From IMG/VR virus record IMGVR_UViG_3300045988_146550, positions 1,207 to 33,206 of that record: a stretch of DNA of 32,000 nt. One strand, 5' to 3'. The notes under the pieces were generated by a model. It saw nothing but the letters and a program-made list of their open reading frames with translations. It was not told the origin of the DNA and made no database searches. The DNA comes from a virus. The position numbers and the translations under genes were made by a program. Below, one piece after another: positions 20,671-28,728 of this stretch (its first letter is position 1; each line of letters opens with the position of its first letter).

Positions 20671-21144
20671 TTATTGATACATATTAAACATGTCTCGTAT
20701 ATGTGTCTTAATCATTGTTTTTTCTTCATCTGAATCAACGCATCCATGAATCATAGTTACGATTTGTTGCATACATTTCATAGTCTTATCTAATTCACGA
20801 TGAGACTTTTCCAAATCCATATCACCTTTTGTACGCTCATATTCTTCTTTGAACGCTTTATACTTTTTCAAATGTTCTGCAAGTTTATAAACAATATCTT
20901 CTGTTTCTGGATCATGAATATTATATCCATCATTATCTTCTTTTAATCGAGCTACAGTTGAAGCTCCATCTTTCCCTATCTCAATTTGATATTTATTTCT
21001 CATTGCTTCTATAGTTTCAATGTCTTTGATGTTATCTAAAGCTTGAGATAATGCATGGAAATAAGATTCTGCATATCCATATTTCTCTAACATGTTTACT
21101 GACTCATGCATTATCTTTTCATTAACTTCCATTGCTTTATGCAT
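20671..21144 (-). CDS. Hypothetical helical protein (157 aa)
   Basis: Start moved to the ATG at 21144, 5 nt after AGGTGA (the track uses the GTG at 21153). Confidence 0.6.
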   Translation of the reverse strand: MHKAMEVNEKIMHESVNMLEKYGYAESYFHALSQALDNIKDIETIEAMRNKYQIEIGKDGASTVARLKEDNDGYNIHDPETEDIVYKLAEHLKKYKAFKEEYERTKGDMDLEKSHRELDKTMKCMQQIVTMIHGCVDSDEEKTMIKTHIRDMFNMYQ

Positions 21145-21153
21145 ATTTTTCAC

Positions 21154-21573
21154 CTACGCAATCTTTTTAATGATGATATTTGCGTTTTGAACAGTTAAGT
21201 CTAAACCACTGTTATTTGCTAATGCAATTGTATAAGATGCACCACATGGAACTTGAATTAGAGTATCTCCACTTACATTTCCATACGCACTTGCAGTTGC
21301 AACAGTATAAATAGATTGTGTTCCACCAATTGCTTCTCCGTTTAGTTCAAGCACTAAAGAAGCTTGTCCTGCCGCTGCACTCGTAATATCCGCAGTATAA
21401 GTTACTTCATAGATACCTGGCTTTGTTAGTGTAAACAATCCACTTCCTAGATCATGAGCAAGCCAACCTTTACATGGACACTGGCAGGATTTACTTCTTA
21501 CACGATCTGTAGGAAACAATACATTATTTGAATTATCGACTGTCTGAACAGCCGTAGCAATACTATTAATCAT
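21154..21573 (-). CDS. BclA C-terminal-domain-like (C1q/TNF-type jelly-roll) protein without a collagen-like region
   Basis: Contains FTLTKPGIYEVTYTADITSAAAGQASLVLELNGEAIGGT...QNANIIIKKIA, which parallels the B. anthracis BclA CTD (ETGFYKITV...LTIQVNGVPVPGT...ASIIIEKVA). No GXX repeats. GGAGG SD. Confidence 0.5.
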   Translation of the reverse strand: MINSIATAVQTVDNSNNVLFPTDRVRSKSCQCPCKGWLAHDLGSGLFTLTKPGIYEVTYTADITSAAAGQASLVLELNGEAIGGTQSIYTVATASAYGNVSGDTLIQVPCGASYTIALANNSGLDLTVQNANIIIKKIA

Positions 21574-21587
21574 TTCTTTTATCCTCC

Positions 21588-21619
21588 TATTAAAATAGGG
21601 ATAGCCTTTCGACTATCCC
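21588..21619 (-). terminator. Hairpin terminator after the 210-aa gene
   Basis: GGGATAG (21598-21604), 8-nt loop, CTATCCC (21613-21619). On the minus strand it is followed by TATTTTAAT. Confidence 0.5.
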
Positions 21620-21660
21620 GTTAAATCCAAAGGCAATTGCCTAATCACATATGTGCTAGA

Positions 21661-22293
21661 TTATAAGTTGTTGTAGCCATTACATCCACATCCGTTGTTA
21701 TAAGCGTAATATGGTGAGCATGTAATGTAAGCTGGTTTTGGTGTTGGTTGCAAAGTATTAATGATGTTTGCTGATTGTGCCTGTTGACTTAATTGGAAAT
21801 TAGCCGTCAATAATTCACGATCACGATCAGCTAAACGATCACGTAATTCTTGCATAGTGTTTGCATTGATCAACGCACGTGTTGCTTCACCTTCTGAATG
21901 AATTGCTGTTGTAATGTCACAAGTATTTTTGAAACTTTGCGCATTTACATTGTCAATTGCTCTTTGAGTGTTGCAGCAGCATTCTTGTTGCTGAGCTTGC
22001 AAGTTTTGAAGTCCTAACTGATTAGTATAGCGACTTTCTAGTACGTCTCGTTGAGTTTGGCAACCTGTTTGAGATACATTTGTGTTTGTGTTAAAAATAT
22101 CTCGTTTAATGAATTCTTCATTTAATAAAGAATCATTTGCTAGGTTTCCATTGCCATATCCTCCATATCCTCCATATCCAAATAATACGAAGATTAGCAA
22201 GATCCAAATCCACCAACCTCCGCCGTTTCCAAAGCCGTCATCTCTTTCAGCTAAGTTGTAAGTTGGTTGAATTCCCATTCCGTTTTCCATCAT
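21661..22293 (-). CDS. G/Y-rich membrane protein with a Cys- and Gln-rich ectodomain (210 aa)
   Basis: Contains GFGNGGGWWIWILLIFVLFGYGGYGGYGNGN (YjcZ-like look), CQTQRD...QQQECCCNTQRAID...NTCDITT, and a C-terminal CSPYYAYNNGCGCNGYNNL. AGGAG lies 7 nt upstream. Confidence 0.65.
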   Translation of the reverse strand: MMENGMGIQPTYNLAERDDGFGNGGGWWIWILLIFVLFGYGGYGGYGNGNLANDSLLNEEFIKRDIFNTNTNVSQTGCQTQRDVLESRYTNQLGLQNLQAQQQECCCNTQRAIDNVNAQSFKNTCDITTAIHSEGEATRALINANTMQELRDRLADRDRELLTANFQLSQQAQSANIINTLQPTPKPAYITCSPYYAYNNGCGCNGYNNL

Positions 22294-22334
22294 ATATGTT
22301 CTCCTTTCTTTCTATAATAACGGTTTAGCCGTTG

Positions 22335-22577
22335 TTACCTGATTCCAAACTGTTTTGCCATTTGTTGCAGTTGTTGCTTTTGTTGTGGATTTAAATTACC
22401 CATCATCTGATTTAAAATCATTTGTGGATTTTGGCCACTGTTCATAAGCATTTGAAATTGTTGAAATGCTTGTGGATTTTTCTGTGACAACATATTCATT
22501 AACATTTGTTGGGGATTTCCCATATTCATCATATTCATTGGATTCATATTACCCATAATACTTTTTAAAGGATTCAT
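22335..22577 (-). CDS. M/N/Q/P-rich low-complexity protein (80 aa)
   Basis: Contains MGNMNPMNMMNMGNPQQMLMNMLSQKNPQAFQQFQMLMNSGQNPQMILNQMMGNLNPQQKQQLQQ. ATGA-coupled to the upstream gene. Confidence 0.6.
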   Translation of the reverse strand: MNPLKSIMGNMNPMNMMNMGNPQQMLMNMLSQKNPQAFQQFQMLMNSGQNPQMILNQMMGNLNPQQKQQLQQMAKQFGIR

Positions 22578-23014
22578 TTTGTTTGTGCTCCTTTCTTTGG
22601 CTGTTCATTAGCTTGTTTTGGTGGTTTGCTTAATGCACATATCAAATCATCTAATTTCTTTTCGATTCCATTTACACGATTTTCAATACTGTTAGAATTA
22701 TCTTCTGTGATTTCTTCAAATTTGAACTTTTTAAATGTTCCATCTAAAGATTTCATATAAAAAATAGATTTATTGTTATCAAATAAAATCGTTGGTAAAT
22801 TTGCATTCGCAAAGTTTCTAGCTTCCTGCTCGTCGTTCACCCATTTTCCATTAAAATCAAAATTGCCTTGTTGTTGTGGTGTAATCTGATTATTAATATT
22901 GATAGGTGGAATATTTGCATACTGTTGTACTTGCTGAATTTGTTGATCTATCATTTGTCTTTGTTGCATCAAACTGTCTATTCGTGCTTGTGCTGGATTA
23001 TAATTGTTATACAT
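22574..23014 (-). CDS. Q-rich protein (146 aa)
   Basis: Start moved to the ATG at 23014, 5 nt after AGAGGTGG. N-terminus reads DSLMQQRQMIDQQIQQVQQYANIPP. A globular-looking middle is followed by a Lys-rich tail. Confidence 0.6.
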   Translation of the reverse strand: MYNNYNPAQARIDSLMQQRQMIDQQIQQVQQYANIPPININNQITPQQQGNFDFNGKWVNDEQEARNFANANLPTILFDNNKSIFYMKSLDGTFKKFKFEEITEDNSNSIENRVNGIEKKLDDLICALSKPPKQANEQPKKGAQTK

Positions 23015-23089
23015 TTCAACCACCTCTTTATTACGCTTTAATTATATGGTTACGCAACAAATAATTTAATACTCGAATAATACTCATAA

Positions 23090-23129
23090 AATACCCAAAA
23101 TAAAATGAGCAACCATTATAGATTGCTCA
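23090..23129 (-). terminator. Strong rho-independent terminator ending the tail/fibre operon
   Basis: TGAGCAA (23106-23112), 10-nt loop, TTGCTCA (23123-23129). On the minus strand it is followed by TTTTATTTTGGG. Overlaps the stop codon of the sigma-r4 gene. Confidence 0.7.
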
Positions 23130-23349
23130 CATATTTATCGAACATTTTTCTTGCTTTGCATACTCTGTTTCTAATGGTTTGTACTTCCATATGTAATGCA
23201 TCTGCAATTTCGGTACATGACATGTCATATACGTATCTCATAATCAAAACCTGTTCATATTTCTTTCTTAATCCAACAGACTTGATAAGTATTAATGCAT
23301 CATTAGGACGTATCTCTTTTAATCTGTTAGCTTTGTTAATATAAACCAC
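23116..23349 (-). CDS. Orphan sigma-70 region-4 (HTH) mini-protein (about 77 aa)
   Basis: LRKKYEQVLIMRYVYDMSCTEIADALHMEVQTIRNRVCKARKMFDKY is a textbook region 4.2 HTH. No regions 2 or 3. The start is uncertain: GTG at 23349 has an AAGG only 2-3 nt upstream, and the next in-frame ATG is codon 36. Confidence 0.6.
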   Translation of the reverse strand: MVYINKANRLKEIRPNDALILIKSVGLRKKYEQVLIMRYVYDMSCTEIADALHMEVQTIRNRVCKARKMFDKYVSNL

Positions 23350-23357
23350 CGCCTTAA

Positions 23358-23591
23358 TTAAATTCGTTGGTTTGAATTAGCTTTGCAAGAACAATTATTC
23401 ACATGATCATCTTTCCAATAACCACAACAAACAATAGTAGAATAAAGAACAATAATTACTAGGATTAAAACCGTAATAATCGTTCTACTTGTTTTATAGT
23501 TTCTATCAATTAATTTTGAGCAAAAACCATAAATGTTATCTACTTTTTCCTCTACACTTTGAAGTTTCTTGTTTGCATCTTTAATATCCAT
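23358..23591 (-). CDS. Small membrane protein, N-terminal coiled coil plus C-terminal TM (XhlA-like topology)
   Basis: Contains KKLQSVEEKVDNIYGF...RTIITVLILVIIVLYSTIVCCGYW. Overlaps the upstream gene by 11 nt. Confidence 0.55.
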   Translation of the reverse strand: MDIKDANKKLQSVEEKVDNIYGFCSKLIDRNYKTSRTIITVLILVIIVLYSTIVCCGYWKDDHVNNCSCKANSNQRI

Positions 23592-23874
23592 TTTTATTAT
23601 GATCCTCCAACGCTTTTACACGATTAAACAAAGTAATTATTTGTTGTTTTAGTTCTGAAAGCTCCACTTCCATTGAATTGCTTCCTTTTTTTATTTCTGA
23701 AATTGAATCTTTTATATCACTTAAATCCGATTTAATATGTTCTAATTCATTCTTCAAAAATGCCATATTGGATATTTGCTCTCCATCCATCTTGCGTGTG
23801 CCACGATTATACGTAATAAACGCAATTACAAGCATGCATGCTGAAATAATAACGCTAAGATATTCACCACTCAT
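23581..23874 (-). CDS. Small membrane protein, N-terminal TM plus C-terminal coiled coil
   Basis: LSVIISACMLVIAFITY followed by a heptad-like LKNELEHIKSDLSDIKDSISEIKK...LSELKQQIITLFNRVKALE. Confidence 0.55.
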   Translation of the reverse strand: MSGEYLSVIISACMLVIAFITYNRGTRKMDGEQISNMAFLKNELEHIKSDLSDIKDSISEIKKGSNSMEVELSELKQQIITLFNRVKALEDHNKNGY

Positions 23875-23929
23875 ATTAGTTTTCCTTTCAAGTTTTCATT
23901 CTATTTAAATGCAATAATTTACTAATTTC

Positions 23930-24133
23930 TTATTTAGTTGACTGCTTCCATTTTAATTCAAAATCATCTTCTTTTTCGGTTGTATCTAACCACACTTGCT
24001 CTGTATAACCACAACCTTTGCATTCCATGATGCATAATCTAAGCGGGTATCCACAGCTATCTCGTTGTATGACATTACTTTTGCATTTTATTGACATTTT
24101 ATGTCTATGTATTATATTTGAAAATATATTCAT
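23930..24133 (-). CDS. Small Cys-containing protein (67 aa), possible zinc ribbon
   Basis: Contains CGYPLRLCIMECKGCGY. GAGGAGA lies 8 nt upstream. Confidence 0.5.
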   Translation of the reverse strand: MNIFSNIIHRHKMSIKCKSNVIQRDSCGYPLRLCIMECKGCGYTEQVWLDTTEKEDDFELKWKQSTK

Positions 24134-24196
24134 TACTTCATTCTCCTCTGTTTTAAAACATCTAATCTATGTCCTAATATAAAGAAATTTGGTTAA

Positions 24197-26782
24197 TTAG
24201 AGATAAATTCTGTGAATTTCTCCCAGAACATTCATAATATACAGCTCGTCATTCCAAATAAATACTGATTCTGGTTCTGTTGTATAGCCGATGTCAGACA
24301 TTTTTATCTTTGTTACCATATTTTCTTCAAATGGAGAAATCATACCTAAATAAATAGAACCATCTCCAGCCCAATTTGCACCGTAGCATTGCAATATATT
24401 TCCATTGTATACTAATGACCCTTGTGTGCAATTTAATGCAGGGATATTAAACGTTTTTAAAGAATTTGCGATTTCTAACGTAACGTTTCCATCTGAATGA
24501 TTTGGAAGTTTCCACTTTCTAATCCGTAATGCATTTGAATTATCTTCCAAATAACTATTTTTAATATATCCTATTACATAGATACATTGATTTTCATTAT
24601 CTATTGTTGCATTTGGATAATATTGCAAACTCTCTTCAGGACTTGGATAAGTGATTGTCTGTACAACTTCGGTATTATATGCCCCATCAGAATCTGTTAT
24701 ACGCAAAACAATTAATTTGTGTTCTGCAATATTCTCCATGCTCACGTATAAAAGTGGGTATATATCAGTTTTTGAGTATTTCTGTTTGCCAAAATTGATT
24801 GTATTACAGTGGTAAGTTGGCACGGGCGAAAGCACAATTTCACCAATTTTGTTTTTTAAAGCCAAATCATACATTACAATCTTTGACATTGTGTTACATG
24901 CAACAAATAAAATATTTTCATAAACACAACTTCCTTGTATTGATTGTCCTTCAAAAACAGAAGTATCGATTGACATATATTTATAATACGCTAATGTGTT
25001 TTTAGTAATTTCAATTTTCTTTCCTGAGTATGTTCCAAATATTGCATCCGCTGGTATTTTACATAATTTGTTTGAATACACATTATTAATTTTTTCGTAT
25101 GCTTTATTTGCAATCAAAACCAAAGTGATATATCTGTTTTCATCATAACTATTCGGTGTTGTAATTGTTACCTTATTATCAACATACAAAGAAATGGAAA
25201 TACGGACGAATTCTGTTTTTTTTGGTATATCAAATGTATCTTTTTGTACATATCCTTCCGAAGATAGCATTTTTCTGTTCTCATCAAAAAATGTACATCT
25301 GATTTTCCAAAAAGAACCATCTTTATTATTCTGATATAATTTTAGTTCCTTACATCCACCACAATAAATAAGTTCTGGTCGAGAAATACATTCAGTATTA
25401 TCTTTGTGAAGAATTCCATTATATACACTACCTTGAATCCAATTTTTACTCAGGATTTCTTTTTTTGAAAAATTCATTTTCAAATTATCAAGCGATTCCG
25501 ATGAATACGTTAAAAATTTTGAATCTTCTTCTATAATAGGCATATGGCGATATTCTTCTACCGTTGTAGAAGAAGTTGAAGAAATAACAACTCTAAAAAT
25601 TTCACCTTTTTTAATAGGGAACGGTTCTGCCATCCACCCTGAATTAGAAATAAAATCACCAGATGACGTATATTTAGCAACACCGACCCGTTTACCAGAT
25701 GCTATATAAAATGTATAATCTCTGTCGGCTAAAAATTTGTCAGAAACAATTCTATATGAAATATCAGAAATATTTCCATCATCCATTAACCCACCAACAT
25801 TAAATGTAAGTAAAGCGTTTGAATAAATATATCCATTTGCAAATAAAGGAATGCCTTTATCAATTTTATCTATTTTAGCACTATTATAAGTGACAGACCC
25901 ATTTATCCAAACATGCCATTTTACAACACCATTTTCTTTTGCTGCTTTATTATAAAGTCCTAAAGCAACATAATCAGATTTTGCATATACATAAGATTTG
26001 TTTCCCTTAAAGCCAATTAAAGCTTCAAATGTTCCATCTGATTTTTTTCCAAATAACTGATAGTCGAGTGTTTCCATAGATTCTGCTGTAATTCCAATAA
26101 GTACACCCTTCGGCACTTTAAGATATTTTACGTCTTTTGTCGAACTGTGTGGTTGACCTGCGATAGTCTTGTAAGTTGAAGTAAATTCATTCAGAAATAC
26201 ATTTAGTTCATCTAAATCTTCCTGTAGTGAATTAACTTGTGATTGCAAATTTTCACTTTGTGTATTTATCATCTTTGATAATTCGTTATAGATTTGTGCA
26301 ATTCTATCTTCTTCCTCACTACTAGGTGTATAAGATTTAATATAAATTCCATCAGGTGTAGTTACAGATGCAATTTGTGTAGACCATCTTTGATCAATTA
26401 CACTTGAACTATTTTTAGTCACAACTGCGTTCATCGCAAAATGTAATACTCCTGAATTTTTCAAAGCATCAAATGGTACTTTCCATGCAAATTCACAATT
26501 ATCATTATTAATTGTTTTGTTAATCGCAATTGACTGACCCTTAACTCCCTTAGAATCAATCCAATTTATATAAACAATTGAATCTTGCATTTTTTGAATA
26601 TCAGATAACTTGTTTCTGATTCTAAATTTAATCAGTTTAGAATTTCCATCATATTGCACTCCGAACAATCTAGATACATTATTAATATTAATAGTATGTG
26701 TATCTGTATCAATCGTAAGATATTCATCATCATAATCATAAGCAACCGCATCAAAGCTTAGTCTTGCTTTCAATCCGTCCAT
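24197..26782 (-). CDS. Tail fibre / receptor-binding protein (861 aa)
   Basis: Largest distal tail gene. The N-terminus resembles BppU-type anchoring domains. Central coiled coil (NELSKMINTQSENLQSQVNSLQEDLDELNVFLNEF) and a long beta-rich C-terminus. AAGGAGA SD. Confidence 0.65.
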   Translation of the reverse strand: MDGLKARLSFDAVAYDYDDEYLTIDTDTHTININNVSRLFGVQYDGNSKLIKFRIRNKLSDIQKMQDSIVYINWIDSKGVKGQSIAINKTINNDNCEFAWKVPFDALKNSGVLHFAMNAVVTKNSSSVIDQRWSTQIASVTTPDGIYIKSYTPSSEEEDRIAQIYNELSKMINTQSENLQSQVNSLQEDLDELNVFLNEFTSTYKTIAGQPHSSTKDVKYLKVPKGVLIGITAESMETLDYQLFGKKSDGTFEALIGFKGNKSYVYAKSDYVALGLYNKAAKENGVVKWHVWINGSVTYNSAKIDKIDKGIPLFANGYIYSNALLTFNVGGLMDDGNISDISYRIVSDKFLADRDYTFYIASGKRVGVAKYTSSGDFISNSGWMAEPFPIKKGEIFRVVISSTSSTTVEEYRHMPIIEEDSKFLTYSSESLDNLKMNFSKKEILSKNWIQGSVYNGILHKDNTECISRPELIYCGGCKELKLYQNNKDGSFWKIRCTFFDENRKMLSSEGYVQKDTFDIPKKTEFVRISISLYVDNKVTITTPNSYDENRYITLVLIANKAYEKINNVYSNKLCKIPADAIFGTYSGKKIEITKNTLAYYKYMSIDTSVFEGQSIQGSCVYENILFVACNTMSKIVMYDLALKNKIGEIVLSPVPTYHCNTINFGKQKYSKTDIYPLLYVSMENIAEHKLIVLRITDSDGAYNTEVVQTITYPSPEESLQYYPNATIDNENQCIYVIGYIKNSYLEDNSNALRIRKWKLPNHSDGNVTLEIANSLKTFNIPALNCTQGSLVYNGNILQCYGANWAGDGSIYLGMISPFEENMVTKIKMSDIGYTTEPESVFIWNDELYIMNVLGEIHRIYL

Positions 26783-26784
26783 TT

Positions 26785-27078
26785 CTAGTCTCCTTTCACT
26801 TGAAGAATTCCTTTTAACGGTGTTTCTTTAATCCCATTAACATCAATACGAACCATCCAATTATAAACACCAACAGAAAGTTCATCCGTTTGGCAAATCA
26901 CTTTCAAAGATTCATCAATAGGAATTTTAATAAGTTCTTTGCCATCTTTATAAATAATGAACTCTAAAGAATCATCCTTACCAGGAACAAATACTTGCCC
27001 ATTCTTATACTTAATTAAAATATCTGTATAGATGGTATCTCCTTGATTTATGAAAATATGATCTCTTTTAATTTCCAT
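26785..27078 (-). CDS. Small beta-rich tail/baseplate accessory protein (97 aa)
   Basis: Start moved to the ATG at 27078, after GGAGAGG. Position within the baseplate cluster. Confidence 0.5.
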   Translation of the reverse strand: MEIKRDHIFINQGDTIYTDILIKYKNGQVFVPGKDDSLEFIIYKDGKELIKIPIDESLKVICQTDELSVGVYNWMVRIDVNGIKETPLKGILQVKGD

Positions 27079-27080
27079 TT

Positions 27081-28127
27081 TTAATCCTCTCCATATCTTT
27101 TTGCACCTTTCCATTTCAATCCTGTATCACAATAAAGCCTACATTTCTCAAATGTTTTTCCATCACTACTCAAAACAAGTGATTTTCCTTTTTTCCAATT
27201 ATTTCCATCAAAGACCCATACTTCTCTATAAGATGCAGATGCAATAATATAAAAGTAATAATAATTGCTTGTTCTTCCTAAAGTATCTGTTACATAAACA
27301 AACATTCTATACTCATTCCCATTCGACACTTTAAATTCCTTTGTAAGATTATCTGAAGTTAAATTACTTCCCATACCATCATAATCCCAATGACTCTTTG
27401 TAACATGCGCATCATCCGTTGTATGTGCAACGCACACTGCTTTATCATACTTATCATCAATATGAGATATAGTTACATCTACACTCGTTACAGATATCTT
27501 TTTATAGTCTTCTAACGTTGTTGCTTCTAATACTGTTTGAAGTAAATACGATCCCGAACAGTCGGCCATAAACGGTTCGATATGAAATTCATAACTTGTC
27601 GAGCCTTTCAATTCGCTTACAATATGTGTTCCGTTTAATCTATCCAAAATAAATTTTTGCGTTGCAATTGAATAAATACGCAAAGTATACAAATTATAAG
27701 GATTTGTTTTTAGCCTTCCATAAATAGAAATTGAGGTACTATTAATATCTGATATCTCTGCTTCATACGTTGGCAGTTCAATCTCAGGTGTAGTCAATCT
27801 TGCTATTCCTGATAAATTAGGCCATCCTTGACAACTCGCATTCCATTCAAAAGACCGTTGCCTATTGCAGTACATAGGATCATTAATTTGTCCTAGATAA
27901 TACCATCCTGAATCTTGGATATAGTTTAAATCCCACCTTGAAATAGTTTTAGAAAGTCCTCCAAGAGTAACAACATTGGTTGCTTGGATTTTGAAGTTTC
28001 CGGTATATCTAAACCTTACATCCGCTTTAAATCTTAAATTAGGATATGACCCTTCATATCTCTCATTGTAAGATTCAAATGTAAGCGTTAAATACGGATT
28101 ATAGGTTAATGTTGCTAAAACAGTCAT
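27081..28127 (-). CDS. Baseplate/tail protein of unknown function (348 aa)
   Basis: Position between the BppU-like and fibre genes. Beta-rich with many Y/T/S/N. GAGGAA SD. Confidence 0.5.
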   Translation of the reverse strand: MTVLATLTYNPYLTLTFESYNERYEGSYPNLRFKADVRFRYTGNFKIQATNVVTLGGLSKTISRWDLNYIQDSGWYYLGQINDPMYCNRQRSFEWNASCQGWPNLSGIARLTTPEIELPTYEAEISDINSTSISIYGRLKTNPYNLYTLRIYSIATQKFILDRLNGTHIVSELKGSTSYEFHIEPFMADCSGSYLLQTVLEATTLEDYKKISVTSVDVTISHIDDKYDKAVCVAHTTDDAHVTKSHWDYDGMGSNLTSDNLTKEFKVSNGNEYRMFVYVTDTLGRTSNYYYFYIIASASYREVWVFDGNNWKKGKSLVLSSDGKTFEKCRLYCDTGLKWKGAKRYGED

Positions 28128-28130
28128 GCG

Positions 28131-28727
28131 CTATTCCTCATATTTGATATAGATATCTCCGGCTTTATCACCATCTTGTACAACAGGATCTGAAGTACCA
28201 TATCTAACATTAACTGTTAATTTCAGTTGATTTTTAAATTGAGCCACATAATTTTCTAATTCATTTTTATATGCATTTGCTTTCGCAACCAATTCCATCA
28301 TAGATTTGTATTCTTCAGTCGATTCTAACGATTCCTGCGCTGCAAGATTATCAACAACCTTAATCTTAAAATTAAAAGTTGTGACAAATGTTCCACTAGA
28401 TTCTAATGTCACCTGGCATTCACAAATTCCTAATTCTGCTAAGATATTTTGAAAAGCTTCTGTATCTGAAAATTCAATTTCGTATGCATTTGAGTTTTCA
28501 AACCTTGATACAGATGTAGAACCAATGCTAACCATTAATCCACTCGGCTTTTTAGTCCATAAAATCGCATGCAAAGATTCATCAACATTTGAGCTATTAC
28601 TAGTAATCACATCATCACTGACAAAAATTCTTAATCCTCTTCCCGAATCAGCTCTTACCATTTCAACAATCAAGTTGTCGTTTGGCTTCGTTAAACTAAC
28701 GGTTAAATCATTATATACAATTGCCAT
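28131..28727 (-). CDS. Baseplate upper protein-like (BppU N-terminal domain-like)
   Basis: Start at the ATG at 28727 (MAIVYNDLTVSLTKPNDNLIVEMVRADSGRGLRIFV), which resembles the TP901-1 BppU N-terminus (ITLSTTEPNNNIGIVKLRHADVNSQAI). C-terminal coiled coil. Confidence 0.5.
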   Translation of the reverse strand: MAIVYNDLTVSLTKPNDNLIVEMVRADSGRGLRIFVSDDVITSNSSNVDESLHAILWTKKPSGLMVSIGSTSVSRFENSNAYEIEFSDTEAFQNILAELGICECQVTLESSGTFVTTFNFKIKVVDNLAAQESLESTEEYKSMMELVAKANAYKNELENYVAQFKNQLKLTVNVRYGTSDPVVQDGDKAGDIYIKYEE

Positions 28728-28728
28728 G

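Noticed and set aside
22154-22180. Three tandem 9-bp units (CCATATCCT) considered as a phase-variation repeat.
   Set aside because: The units are in frame (each unit is GYG), so gain or loss only changes the length of the Gly/Tyr stretch. Three copies are too few to argue for a switch. Noted under the cassette instead.
23116-23349. Sigma region-4 ORF considered as a pseudogene remnant of a full-length sigma factor.
   Set aside because: Upstream DNA in all frames encodes small membrane proteins with their own SDs, and I see no region-2/3-like remnants. I cannot exclude the idea without homolog comparison, so the ORF is kept as a CDS with an uncertain start.
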